Shown in pieces: positions 39,173 to 52,886 of a stretch of 64,000 nt of DNA. The DNA is taken from the NCBI RefSeq assembly GCF_022045235.1, contig NW_027266273.1:16988001-17052000 (forward strand), in the 5' to 3' direction. The translations under genes and the position numbers were made by a program. Position 1 is the first letter of the stretch. Each line of letters starts with the position of its first letter. Origin of the DNA: Haliotis cracherodii. Its lineage: Eukaryota. The notes under the pieces are model-generated. The model was not told the origin of the DNA, did no database searches, and saw only the letters and a list, made by a program, of their open reading frames with translations.

Positions 39173-41720
39173 AGCAAGTTTTGTTTTCGGAAATACATTT
39201 CTTGTGTAAGCAGTTTGTTTTCCATTTCTTTTCTAAAGTCAACAAACTCCTGTCTAATATATTCAATTTCGCCTCTGTTACGTGCGATATGCTCTGTGTT
39301 CATTTCAACATGTTGTACTAAGTTATCAGTCACGTCACGAAATTTCACTATTTCCTCATTTATTTCTTCCATTTTCAGTCTGAGTTCTGAAGTTTGCATT
39401 CTTAACGCTTCTTTGATGAAAGTTATCATGTCATTTTTTTTCGCCTACCTCGTTTACTGTGGTGTTGTTTTCTGATACATCTGTTGTGTTTTCATTCGGT
39501 TTTTTTGTATGTATTCCTCCATTCTGAAGCTGTTCCAGATGTATCTGTTTTACTTTTTCCAGTTCCTTTTCGTGTTGCTGGATTAGTATTTTCTTAAGAT
39601 TGTGGCGGATTTCGGGAGCTGGTAAAATCTAGCGACCTATCGCCATACGAGTTCAACCGGAAGTCCCCGACATTTAAGCTTTCGGTCCAACTTGGTGAAT
39701 TTCATTGACGTGCCTGAAAATTGATCGAACCCGCTGGGGCAAAGTTTTACTGTATAAAACTTGTTTCATAATTTTCAAGCAGGAATGGAATGTTTTCCAG
39801 GTGTCTGTTTGCTCTGTTTCGTGTTAATCAATTTTCGCAGAGTATCCAGATCTAACGGAGATGGCTCTGGTTTGCTTTGTTTTGTTACCACTCACGTCAC
39901 TGATAAAACGTTTATCGTAAGATACGGAAGCATACAAATAAAGAGCTGTATATCACAGAATGATGTCAAACAATACCTTTTCATGTAAAGTATTGTTTCC
40001 TCATTTTGAGTACCGTGTCTGTAAATTGATTTCAAGAACTGATCACTGTTGCTCAATGAAATAATTTCAATCTTGTTGTAATGGCACGGAGATCTGTCCT
40101 CCTGGGGGTATTACGAAGCCTGTAAAATTGGGATAATTTGTCTACTTTTGTCGCTGTGTTAATTTCATGATGATTGTAGCTGCAAATACACTGCCCGAAA
40201 CTGGCAAGCGTTTAAAACTAATTTCCATTGTCATTTAGCTTCAAGATATATGACCATTGAATATAATATTATCAAACACATAACAGTCCAACAGAACAGA
40301 ACAAGAACATGTTTGTATTTAAAGTCATACGAACATGTTCTTGGAGTCCTTTTGAGATTACGACACATACATAATGAATTGGCCTCATGATCTCAAATCT
40401 GTGAGTATTGCATAACAGCTTCAAAAGAAACACTTATTTTAAGCCAATTGTCATTTCATGTCTCTTTGATCTACTGTCACTCGCGTCAGAGTTCATTGAT
40501 TAACAATTATTCCTTAGAATTAGGTTCAAGTCGTGGGGGCGGTTGACCAACGTATTGAAACCTTTCAAAAATCAATTCTTTGACTGCCATATCCTTCACG
40601 AACTGTGAAATCCGTAACGTTTTAGTTCCCAAAAGTGTTATTTTGAGGCAAGTTTTTGGAGTCTTGTGGTTAAAATGAATTTATCCGTGGCGGAAAGGTC
40701 ACCACCATGGCTGACGGGTCGTGTGCATACACAGTATGTAAATGTAAGACGTCATAAATGAAAGTAATACAACAGCATTGTTACACGAGAAATAGGTTTT
40801 ACGAGACAATTATTCATTGTTCAACGAGTGATCAAATGATGTTTTCTTAAAGGAAGTGGTGATCATAACAAGCTTTCGTTAATGTTTTGTGCAAGTATGG
40901 GACGGGCACTGAACAACTCGTAACACCAAACCTGTTAACTTGTGTACCAAGTATAGACAGGATACTGAATGACCACACAGCGATTTGTCACATTCCGTCC
41001 AAAACGACAATGGCGAACTTTCAAACTACGTTCATTCGGCCTTTAATAAAAGTATTAAGTTGGTGTTTGAGACATGCCTGGTTCTTCGATCGTGCCACAG
41101 AGAAGTTTGTATCTTGAAGCATAATACAATATGGCATGCTATGGTGTAAATCAATATATGAATGAATGAAAGATAAAGTCCCACGCCATGACCCTTGAAC
41201 CAACAAATGTTTGCCTTGTACAATTTGATCGACATGTGTAACAATGAAAGTGCATCCTTATCCATCATAGAAGGGACATTGTCGCGCTGTCGACCTTACA
41301 ATACCAGGGTTAAGTTTACCCAAAGTGCGAAAAAGCGATAATTTCACCAATGATCACATCGTCGTGACCGATCGCGATATTGCGGTCTTCACAGAAGGAA
41401 AACAATGCGACGCTTTTCACATTCGACATATGTATAGCATCTACAATGTATGATAAATGGGCGAATTGTAAAATGTTCCTCAATTCGACAATGTTGTATA
41501 GTACTAGTATCCTTGCTTTTTGTCAGACGTGAACAATTACGACACCAATTCGCAAGCAACTCTTCACACACACTCTTATAAATCCTGATACGTTGAGATG
41601 AGCCGTTAATCAAACACAAATCAGAGGCCAGGTTTTCATTATTAAACCATGTTTTGAAAGCAAATACGCCTCACTTTAGGAACAGTTGAGTACATGACAA
41701 TTGAAATGTGGAGATATTTG

Positions 41721-41985
41721 TTTGTTTGTTTGTTGCTTGCTTGTTGTTTAACGCCGCAACCAGCTATATGATGGCGGTCTGTAAATAATCGAGTGTGGAC
41801 CAGACAATCCAGTGATTGACATCATGAGCATCGATCCACGCAATTGGGATACGACGACATGCACCAAACACGACAGCGAGCCTGACCACCCGATCCCGTT
41901 AGTCGCCTTTTACGACAAGGATAGTCGTCTTTGAGGGCAAGCATGGGTTGTTGAAGACCTATTCTACCCAAGATCTTCACGGGTC
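41721..41985 (-). mobile_element. SINE family 2
   Basis: 13-bp TSD gtggagatatttg (41708-41720 / 41986-41998); empty site in paralogs at ~24365 and ~47840. Confidence 0.93.
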
Positions 41986-42959
41986 GTGGAGATATTTGAT
42001 TCGTATAAACAGACTGTCTGAAATCGAACATTCATAATTAGCAGTGTAGATGTAAAAACAATTTTTTGAAAATTTCAAGTTTTTTCAACACTGCATATAA
42101 ACTGACTGACACAGGTAAATATGCACCCAAGTTAGACGGTGGCTAACAATACAAATGGGCCTCATATTTGCAGTGTTTTCGGCTTAGAAACATTTTGTAA
42201 TTGTTTTGTTAAATCTAATTATTATTTCTTTTACACGGCGTTTCTTATAGATTTTGATATAATGAATATAACTGTTCTCTGCAATCCTTTTTTGGAACAC
42301 CTACATCTCGATGAATGTGCATTAATAGAGCGAGGGAATGCTCCTTTCTTTTTCTGTTAGATGTTCATCTCTATAGTTTCTTTTGATATTAACATGGCAG
42401 TAAGAGTATTGAACAGTGAAACGGGATCGGATGCTTCCACATTTAATGATTAATTTAGAATCGAGTTTCATGCAAATGTCACTGTAAATATGAGACTATA
42501 AAACGCCCCCTTATACACATATAACACTAAACGGCGATCGTTGTGATGGGTGTTTACTTCCTATACAACAATGCTTCCGGGATTTATTAAAAAGATATAG
42601 GAAAACATTATGACAAGCCATGACCTTCACCGGGAGTTTGCACATATATACGCATTTTCATGATCCGCTAAGCAGTGATAAGAGGGTATTTGTTTGTACT
42701 TTCCCTTTAAGTTTTGCAGAACCAAGTATTACAAGAAGGTTAAGTTTCCTTTGATTGAGGGATATCAAAACAGTAAAGTAGAAATAAGTCATGATAATAA
42801 GTTGATTTTGTTTTAGAGCAGATTTTAAAGCCAGTCATTTAATGGTGTCGGCTTTAACGTGACAAATCCATCTGTGGCGAAACCTAAGACCATGAGCCTT
42901 GTTTTGACACAAAAAGCATTACAATGCGTAGAACCTGGTATTCTGGCCATGACGTCATC

Positions 42960-43235
42960 TCTTTGTTTGTTTGTTTAACGTCGTACCTCAGCAACAAACT
43001 AAGCGGTCTGTGAATAATCAGGACTATATATATATTATACTATATGGTTGCGGTCTCAATAATCGAGTCTTGACCACATAATCCAGTGATTGACAACATG
43101 GACATCGATCTCCGCATAGGGATACGATGACATGGATCAACCAAGTCAGTGATCCCTACCATGCGATTCCATCAGTCGCCTCTAAAGACAAACGTGGGTT
43201 GCTGAAGACCAATTCTAACAAGGATCTTCACGGTT
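42960..43235 (-). mobile_element. SINE family 2 (older single-module form)
   Basis: Reverse-complement match; same insertion site (ggccatgacgtcatctctttgtttgt) as 49340-49574. Confidence 0.85.
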
Positions 43236-44303
43236 CACAATGAAGACTACACAGTGAGTTGACGGCGTTAGATCCTGAATTTATTGGGGCGTGCTCTCTA
43301 AAATGCAACAATACATTTACCACGAAAACATAACGGATCGTTTTCTAAAATCACGCGAGGCAAAATGATTAATCGAATGTTACATTATAAATAATAAATC
43401 TGTTATGATCTTTGCATAATTTACTTTACGCTTTGACGAATTACTAATACATTCTGACCCTTAAAGTCTAACAGAATTTAATGGAACAGAAGACAGTGTT
43501 TGGTCTCTGGTACAGCCACTGGTACACTTGGTTAGTAATTCACGCAGTGACACGTACAGACACACACCTCACTCGCCCCTGTAAACAGTTGGTTAGCCAT
43601 CTTAAATACCATAAAGTTCACAAGCCTTTGATCGACGTATGCATGTCGGATAACATTTGTCCCTGTCATTGGAGCACAGTACGTCACGAACGGGTAAAAT
43701 AGAAAGTTATTTGTGTTCGACCCATACTGTAAAGACACGTAATCAGCGAAGTGTCTGTATTCTCTCAAAACCTTTACAGTTTTCTCTCCTGTGTATTTGC
43801 CTATGATGCTCTCCATTTCAGTACTAAGGGATTTTTGTCATCATCACAGTGCCTTGTTGCGTATATGAAGTACAAAGAGCATTATACGGTTTTAGTTCTT
43901 CATTGTATAAACATAAGCTTCTTAAGGCGCAACAAACAGGCTTAACCTTCAAAGGCAAGCTTCAATCCGTCAACCATGATCACTCGCTACATGCTCAGAT
44001 GACGGGACTGACGACACGTTTATAGAAAATGACAAATTACCAACAAAGGTGAAAGAAAAACAGAATTATGAGCGAAAGACACATTCAGGGCTTGCTTTAA
44101 GTAATGAAAAGAAACAGGCGTCACTGTAATGGTTCTTTATATTACCAAATGAAAATGTGTCACCTACCAAACTTGTATGCTTTCGTATCGGTTACGGACT
44201 TGATGACATGATGCTTGGATCAATATTGATAACATCATGTGTACCATCATGTGTGTCACCTGTGACATTTAACCGGTTCAAATTGTAACTTCCCTTTTCC
44301 TTG

Positions 44304-44469
44304 GAGGCGGTGGGGTAGCCTAGTGGTTAAAGCTTTCGCTCGTCACGCCGAAAACCCGGGTTCGACTCCCGACATGGGTACAATGTGTGAAGCCCATTCC
44401 TGGTGTCCCGAGCCGTGATATTGCTGGAATATTGCTAAAAACGGCGTAAAAACATACTCACTCCCTCAC
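44304..44469 (+). mobile_element. SINE family 1
   Basis: A/B boxes tagcctagtgg / ggttcgactcc; TSD cttttccttg; empty site at ~53895. Confidence 0.93.
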
Positions 44470-45589
44470 TTTTCCTTGACGAAAACAACCTCCTCGTTTG
44501 CCATTTTCTTGCAATTACCCCCATTTTATCTGTTTCAGCTTTACGACCTACGGCACGTCATGTCCAAACGTCAACTCAGTGTGAATGTCGCTCAAGACTT
44601 TGGTGGCATCGTAACAAACAGAAAAAGTAAACTAAAAGTATTAATGTCTCCCAAAATAGTTCGCTATTGACACAGAAGTGTCACAGCTGGGTTAGGTAAC
44701 AGCAGCGATCGGACCAATGACCTGAAATATACTGACGTATGTTTTGAATACGAAATATGAATTGGGGATGCAAAATGACTGTGTCTCAACATTTATTATT
44801 TTATGTGTTATTATACATCTTTATCAAATTAAAAGTGTCACAATTAACATTTCGCGGAAAACGTTCGGTAATTGCTATAAGAAAATGGTGGATCGTCTAG
44901 AATCAAACCCATCTGAAAATGCATGGACAGTATCTTGGTTTTGAGTACCATAAATTCATGCGAAGCTGGAGACATGTTTTTTTTTCAACCTGTGCTGATA
45001 AACCAATTCACAAATTCTTTGAATTTCGAAAAAGCATCCAAGATATTTCTGAAAGTACCTTTATATGAAACTATCAGAATTCATTTCTGAACTATTATGT
45101 ACATGTAATCCATAGATCATGTGCATATTGTCATGCAAATTTATCCATACTGTAAATTAAATGTGGGCGTATGTCTTGAAAATATTAGCCAAAGAAATAT
45201 TATAAACTCGGATAACGAGAAGTGTCTAAAATTGTAGATCTCAATTGCCGGTTGTGCAGTTCCGAGATGCTTTGTCATGTTGTTATTTTGTCCCTGTTGC
45301 AATCAGTGTGGCACGTGACCAATATAACTCATACCAGTCAAGGATGTGTTTGCCTGTGGTTAGGTTACCGCAATAAAAATCCATCACAAATGATACCATG
45401 ACATAATCGGCATTGGTTCTCTACAACAATATATCCTTGGCGTTTCCTTGTGTGTACATCTTTCATTAATTGAATCATTCTGTTCACTGTATGTGTATAC
45501 TAATCTAATTCACCGTATGTACGTCGGATTTATTTAAATCTTCAATTTTCCATCAGCATGTGCATACCATACACACGAATACATATGTC

Positions 45590-45960
45590 ACTTTGTATCG
45601 AGAGATATTCCAGCCGCTGTAGCCTTTGGTGTCTACATATCGCTAGGGGTACCATCGAAAATGTTCTTTCGACTCTTGTTGTTTGATCGGGGTTGCAACA
45701 GTAAAGCTTTCAGAGGATTTAATGGCAGACACGAGAAGAGCATTTCCAAATTTGACGCTTCAAGGGACAATTTCCTATTTTGCCCTGTACCGTATGTTCC
45801 AGTGTCGTTTTTTTCAGGTGAACAGTTGACTTGCCTTTGCATGTATTTGTGACGGGTGCCGCCGGTGGGGCAGGATACGCTCCCCTGTTCGCGAACACTT
45901 AGTATCATCACTATTTGATAGTGATTCCTAAAAACATGTTCAAGATAGTCGGTATCGTAC
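45590..45960 (+). mobile_element. Penelope-like fragment
   Basis: IPAAVAFGVYISL...RGFNGRH plus the downstream tgacgggtgcc..ggggcaggatacgctc block; paralog of 55070-55480. Confidence 0.7.
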
Positions 45961-46199
45961 AATTGATATCATATTTATGATACATATGAAAAGGTTTATG
46001 TAGTGTTTGTGGTTGTTTATAAATCTATAATTTTCAAGACGAAGGGACTGTGACCCATGATCTACAACGCCACAGGTAGGCGCCCCCGTTGAAAGGATCC
46101 GATTATAAACAATTCTCCTGGTTGTGAGACTTGGTGACAGAACCAAACATAATCTTTCTTAGATTCGGAACGTTTCTGGTAGTTTTTGTTATGGGTATC

Positions 46200-46378
46200 C
46201 GGGGCGGTCGGAAGCCTAGTGGCTAAAGCGTTCGATCGTCACGCCGAAATTCCGGGTTCGATTCCTGACATGGGTGCAATGTGTCAAGCTCATTTCTTGT
46301 ATCCCCCGCATTGATATTGCTGGAATATTGCTAAAAGCGGCGTAACTCCATATTAACTCACTCACTCACTTACTCACT
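46200..46378 (+). mobile_element. SINE family 1
   Basis: ggggcggtcgg..gcctagtgg...gggttcgattcc...gctggaatattgctaaaagcggcgt...(actc)n. Confidence 0.9.
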
Positions 46379-48311
46379 ATGAGCGGATCCAGTATACAGT
46401 TCCACACATACCAAGAAGAATACATACCACACAACAACTTAAAAACAATTCAATTCAGGTAGTTTATCACACGTTACATTATACACAAAAATCAAGAGCA
46501 AGTATCAGAGATCACAATTAATTTTACTTCATGCTAAAATATTCACTCATGTCCCAATAAGATCCATTGAATTTGTCATTTCATATCATCCATTGTAATC
46601 CATTTGTTGCACAAAGTTAGCATATATCGCCAACATGGCACATTTGTTCACAACCAATTCCGACCTGGGAACTGACCACTTTGTCTTGGTCTAACATGAA
46701 GAGAGAAATAGCCAAGCTAAAATTACATAACGTCAGCCTGTGAGCTTACTAGGGCTTAAGTTCAGACAATGCCCTTTTCCGTAACCTGCAAGAAAACTCG
46801 TCCCCCTATCGATGAATGTAATGTGCGACAATACGACAAACCAATCAGAATGCGCGTATGATTTCAAGTTCTTTGTCAAAGAATCCCGCAGAAATAATTT
46901 TAGATTTTACATGTCTTGCATCTAAAAATATACCCATTACACAGTTAAATGTGTTTAGTCATACTGTATAATTCTGCATGTCCAGATGTGCTTTAAATTG
47001 TATCTGTAATTTATAAAATATATGGGGAAATATATGTGAACCATTACGCAACGAGTTGACAATTGTTTTAGGTATGCCCGTTTGCGCTAAGACGGAACCC
47101 GGTCGCAAAAATGGCCATGAGAGGGGAACAAGCAGCTACCCGTTGTGTCCCGGAATAACACGAGTTGGTCACGAATGTGTTAAGCTGTGTAATTGGTGAA
47201 TAGAGAGTCAGTGTTGATCTCTACACAAGCAACATTATATATAAATTTAGAAAAGGTTGAACATACATTATATGAAAACTAAGTATATTAAATATAGTAC
47301 AAAAAAATAGTCATATATAATGGAAACTCACAACTCTTTTATCTGTTTAAATCATGATCGATGTGTGACAAAAGGAAACTTATCCTATTGAAAAGAATCA
47401 CATTGTGGCGCTGTGGAACTTACACAACTAGACAAATAAACACACATTCTACCAAAGCGCGACTACGCGATATTGCATTGTCGTGACTAATATTTACGGT
47501 TTTCACCACAGAAGGGCAACAAGGCGACGCTTTTCACAATCGACAGATGATGGGTAGTCGCGGCATCTAGTATGTATGAAACAGGTGTGAATTATTACAT
47601 GTGCGTCAATGTTTCATAGAACCCATGCATTTGGTCAGACGTGAGCAATTAAGACCCTGGACCAAGCAGGATTGTTATAACTCTTCATACACTCTGATAT
47701 TTCCTGATGCGTTAGAGAATATCGATAAAGAGAGAAGTGAACCCAACTCAAATCAAAGATCACATTTACACAATGAACCATGATTTGAAAGAAGATAGGT
47801 CTGACTTTGGGAACAGTTAAGTACATAACTATTGTAATCTGGAGCTTTTTGATTTGTATAAACGGATTGTCTGAAATCAAACATTGATTGAGCACTAAGG
47901 ATGATGACCTTTGGACGATTTTTTGAAAATTTGGAAAATATCGCATGTCTTACTTTTCTCAGCACAGCAAATACACTGCCGGACAAAAGAAATTATGCAC
48001 CAGTATAAGATGGCTGTCGGCATTGTTTCCACGACTGTTTTCAGTCTGGTAACGTTTTGATAACATTTGTAATCTTTTGGTAAAACCCAATCCAATCTCA
48101 AAAGTGCATTAAATGAAAATTTTATTCAACACGGTCAAATCGTTTAGCCGAATCTCTGAAGACTTCGCAATGTATAAACGGATTGTCTGAAATCAAACAT
48201 TGATCATGAGCACAGTGGATAATGACCTGATGAGGATTTTTTCAAAAACTCTCTTTCGCACTGTATATATACTGACGAACAAAAGAAAGTATTGTTCTTC
48301 TTTTATATCTT

Positions 48312-48583
48312 TTGTTTGTTTGTTTGTTTGTTGTTTAACACAGCACCCAGCAATATCCCCGCAATATGACGGCGGTATGTAAATAATCGAGTCTGGACCA
48401 GACTATCCAGTGATTGACATCATGATCATCGATCCACGCATTTGGGACACAATGACATGCATCAACCAAGTCAGCGAGCCTGACCACCCGATCCCGTTTG
48501 TCGCCTCTTACGACAAGCATAGTCGCCTTTTACCAGAGGCATGGGTTGCTAGAGATCTAGTCTACCATGGATCTTCACAGGTC
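48312..48583 (-). mobile_element. SINE family 2
   Basis: (tttg)n tail through gatcttcacaggtc; double-module leader. Confidence 0.9.
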
Positions 48584-49339
48584 TCTTTTACGTGTAAATC
48601 TGTGTATACTTCTTTTGATGAAATCTGTCCAGCTTCTTTTGATGTAAACAGGGCAATCACAATATTAAACAGTAAAACGGGACCTGCTACTTCTTCATTT
48701 AAGGATGGCTTTGGGATAGAGTTTCATAGTTGGGCTTTAAATGCAAATGCCACTGTAAATATCAAGCTAAAAAACGTACCCTAAAAAACACATTCCACTG
48801 AACGGAAATCGATGTTTTGGGGTGCTTTTGTCTTTTTCAGCAATTCTTCCGGGACTTATTAAAAAGTTTGTTTGTTGTTTAACGCCAGAAATAAACTTAG
48901 GCAATACATTCTTGTTTGTTTGTTGTTTAACGCCGTACTCAGCAATGACAACTACACATCGCCACAAAGACGCATGTTCATGATTCGTTAAGCAGTTATA
49001 AGTTAGTATGTATAACACATTGCCTATGTGTCTTCAGACAAAGATCCCTAATTCAGTATGTTTTTTAAGAACCAAATAATACGAGAAAGTTATATAGCCT
49101 TTGATTCTTTCGATTCCTTGTGTCAGAACAGTGAAGTAGAATTGAGTTAGTGAGTTAGTTAGAAATGATGATAAGTTGATGTTGGTTTTGAGCAGATTGT
49201 AATATCAGGCATTTAACGGAGTAGCGTTAACGCGATGAATCAATCTGTGGCAAAGCAATAACAACCTTAAACCTGCCCTGTTTCTGACACACAAAACATT
49301 ACAATCTGTGGAATCTGGTATCTTGGCCATGACGTCATC

Positions 49340-49574
49340 TCTTTGTTTGTATGTTTGTTTGTTTAACGTCGCGCCTCAGCAATATTCAAGCTATGCGGTA
49401 AGTACAAAATTTGTACTACACAATCCAGTGATTGACATTTTGCATATAGAGCTAAGCATTTGGGATGACATGGATCAACCAAGTCAGCGAGCCTGAATAT
49501 CTGATCCCGTTAGTCGCCTCCTTCGACAAACATTGGTTGCTGAAGACCAATTCTAACACGGATCTTCAAGGGTC
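49340..49574 (-). mobile_element. SINE family 2 (same site as 42960-43235)
   Basis: Reverse-complement match; flanks shared with copy B. Confidence 0.85.
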
Positions 49575-50234
49575 ACCATGAAGACAAGACTCCGAGTTGA
49601 AGGGCTTCACCTCGCAGAATTCACTTGGATGCCCTCTCTGAAATGCAGAGACAGCATGGCTACAGGCTACGAAACATGTCTAATAACAGACCGTTCTCTT
49701 AAATCACGCACGGCAATTTTGTTTTATGAAAATGGATACATAATAAATGATAAATCTAGAAATGAATTTTGCATAATATATTCACTGAAACGTATTTCAC
49801 AACTGCCCGACAATAGTATTATTTAAATTATATTTTATCCGTGAAACTATTTTGACAAAAAAATCGGTGTCATTCAGGAACAGTTAAAGTTGCTTTTACT
49901 CCCTACTATTATATTCTGACCCCTAAAAACTAAACAGAACTGGATTGGAAAGAGATCAGTATTTTGGCTTCTAGAACACACACTCAGGCCGTACTGAGCC
50001 CGATTAGCGCTATATTTGATCAATAATTCACGCAGTGACACGTACAGACACACACTGTTCAACCTCCATCACTAAAACCCTTCATTTAGCTCTGACGGAA
50101 AACCTTCATGACCAACAAGTCCTAAATGTATTTGCAATAAGTAGGGTATTCAGACTCATCACATGACGTGATCCAAAACGAAGCCCGTAATGTTTTCCTA
50201 GTGACTAATTACAATCAACGGTAACAGTAAATCA

Positions 50235-50708
50235 TCAGGAACAGGAGGAGTAAATAGTGTGACCTGAACGTAGCAGCTGCCATATAATGACCTCAACATG
50301 ACGTTGGAGATGGGCAAACAGGACTCGGCCCAACAACACTGGAGACAAATAGTATCTTTTGATCACCTGCACGGGCTTGGCTTGAATGAGAACAAAGGAA
50401 CCGCGCACGTATTCAATGGTTAGAGTGCTATAAGGGTCATAATTAATGTGTAGGTTTAACGTCTTTGAGAGGCATTTAGAAATCGGAGTACCAGGTAAGG
50501 ATAAGAATAACAACATATTTAAGGTTGCTTAATGACGCTGCTACAACCCACACCAAAACGTCGCTCCTATTTTAATCAAGAAGTTGTTCATCCATGTATC
50601 TTATCCTTACTCAATGCGTAGTTCCATTGTAGGATGTGTAACTTTGAGATATTGTACATTTTTTCACTATGGACCTTAACACTCTGAATTTGATAAACAA
50701 TTTGTTTC
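50235..50708 (-). pseudogene. Exon-like coding remnant (copy C), ~118 codons open once the palindromic insert 50495-50610 is removed
   Basis: KQIVYQIQSVKVHSEKMYNISKLHILQWNYALTGTPISKCLSKTLNLHINYDPYSTLTIEYVRGSFVLIQAKPVQVIKRYYLSPVLLGRVLFAHLQRHVEVIIWQLLRSGHTIYSSCS*; putative acceptor reads tacgg instead of tacag. Confidence 0.5.
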
Positions 50709-52435
50709 CCGTAATGATAAATTATATGAAAATTGTAAATTTTGATTTTTATGGGATTACATTATGTATATTTTTGTTATACCTTCGTGAATAACGAATA
50801 ATGATTTTGCGAAGTTTAAGAAACATTGGGAGACGTTACGCCCACGGTTCACTGTTACCATTTGATGTGTGCTGTCCACTCTTGCTTCTTTTGATCACAT
50901 TAGGTATTTATAAACTATTGATGTAGCCCACGTTATAACTGTATCGTCGCTACTGTTAAACGGGGGGATGTAACATAAATGATAAACTACTATCATCTCT
51001 TGGGATTTCTCACCATTGGGATTTGTGCTGTCCACTCTTGCTTGTTTTGATCACATTAGAAATTTATAAACCAGTGATGTAACTCACTTTATAAGTGTGT
51101 AATCGCTGCTTGTAAACCTGGGGATGTGACATAAATCGTAAACTGTCATCTCTTGGGATTTCTCATTCTTTTAAAATAAATACAATTAAAATGGTGTTAA
51201 AAGGTGTCCTTGTAGAACATGTGAACCTCTCTTCAGTCACGTACAGAAGACATTGTGTTAGTAAACGTAAGGTAACTTTATTTGACAATTGACAAAAACG
51301 CCAAATGACAACCAAACAACTCAACCGCTGTTGCCTCTAGGGATAGCCAAATGCAGTTTAGACCCACCGGCCCTGCGGTAGTACAGACAGGGAGGGTGTT
51401 TTTCAGGCCTTTTAATAGTCTTTGTAAGACTGTGTGTTTTGTTCGCCAATGATAGAGGACAGACCATTTAGTTTTCTGGGGATCCTAGGATTTTGTATGG
51501 AGACTAGACGTTTTCTCAGTTACAGATGTTTAACCAGATTTTTGGGGGGAATTAAAACACTGAGCCTAAATAGGTTTGTTTTTTTAACACCTTGCAACAA
51601 TTTTATTTTTGTGGCAGACAAGTTCTCTTTTCCAACAATCTAAAGCATTAAGCATTATTGTTTTTCTTCAAGCATTCGCTGGGACAATTTTTTGTGATAC
51701 CATCCCGGAAAAACAAATGGTCGGTCCCTAACGTGACTCTTTTCCCCTCTGTAAAACTGTTGTCTAACAATCATAAAACCCTTAAGTTCATAAGAGTTTA
51801 ATCGACGTATTTTCGTCGGATTCACGTTAAATCATATTCCCTGTCATCAGAGAACCGTACATCACGAAAATGGATAAAATACAGATGTTAGATGGTAATT
51901 TGTGTTTGACCTTACAGTTAAGATATGTAATCGGCGAAGTGTCTGTATTCTCTAAAAGCCTTTACAGTTATCTCCCCTGTGTCCATGACGCTGTTCTGAG
52001 GAAATGTTGTCCATTGCAGCACAACGATAAGTTTGTCATCACCACAGTGGATTGTTGTGAGGTGGCACGTACATGATGTACCAAGAGCATTATAAGGTAT
52101 CCGGTTTATATTTTACAGAAATAGGCACCACAAACAGGCTTAATCTTCAAAGGCAAGCTTCAGTCCGTCAACTATGATCAACTGCTACATGTTCAGCTAA
52201 AGGGACTGACGACACGTTTATGGAAAATGACAAATTACTAACAAAGGTAAATGAAAAACAAAATTATTAGAGAAAGCCAATTCGGGGCTTTCTTAAAGCA
52301 ATGAAAAAAACAGGCGACGTTTCAATGGTCATTTATATTACAAATGAAAATGTGTCACCAACCAATCGTGTATGGTTTCATAAAGGTTTCGGACTTGATG
52401 ACTTGGTGTGTGAATACGCGGATCATTGCTGATAC

Positions 52436-52886
52436 CTACGGGAGTTTTTTCGATACTATCTTGAAATTTCAAGATACTAAGTTGAAATTTCAAGATACTT
52501 AGTTGAAATTTCAAGAAACTAAGTTGAAATTTCAAGATACTATACTTCTATTTTAAGAAGTTGAAATTTCAAGGTACAGAAGTTGAAATTTCAAGATACT
52601 ATGTTGAAATGTCAAGCTACTATCTTGGAATACAAGATACTATCTTGAAGTTTCAACTTAGTATCTTGATATTTCAACTTAGTATCTTGAAATTTCAACT
52701 TAATATCTTGAAATCTCAAGATAGTATCTTAGAATTTCAACTTCTGTATCTTGAAATTTCAAGACAGTATCTTGAAATTTCAACTTAGTTTCTTGAAATT
52801 TCAACTTAGTTTCTTGAAATTTCAACTTAGGATCTTGAAATTTCAAGATAGTATCGAAAATAAATCGCCCTAAAAGGCTTCCGTAG
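52436..52886. mobile_element. Palindromic MITE built of 21-bp units around TTGAAATTTCAA
   Basis: Termini ctacgg...ccgtag; 4-bp TSD atac (52432-35 / 52887-90); empty site ctgataccatcat at ~28121 and a similar site at ~44227. Confidence 0.92.

Larger units (their letters stand above)
32026..39669 (-). mobile_element. L1/Tx1-clade LINE, originally full length, now decayed and nested
   Basis: 14-bp TSD acatttaagctttc (32012-32025 / 39670-39683); AATAAA + A-rich tail; 5' end ggacttccggtt..atggcg; coiled-coil ORF1 (39170-39430); APE domain KILALNCRGL..CLQDVH..YTW..RLDYF..SDHS (38540-37880); KSPGPGGF.EF..FW; LPKLNHLF; C-terminal region to ~32150; RT core deleted. Confidence 0.95.
41060..46160 (+). 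repeat. Duplication unit copy B (lacks the ~25.3-27.5 kb-equivalent segment)
   Basis: Collinear with 23660-25310 and 27500-28140 (copy A) and with 47480-50050, 51750-52430 and 53860-55630 (copy C). Confidence 0.88.

Noticed and set aside
44304-44380. Functional tRNA genes at SINE heads
   Set aside because: Heads run into shared SINE bodies with TSDs and microsatellite tails; no complete acceptor stem or poly-T terminator
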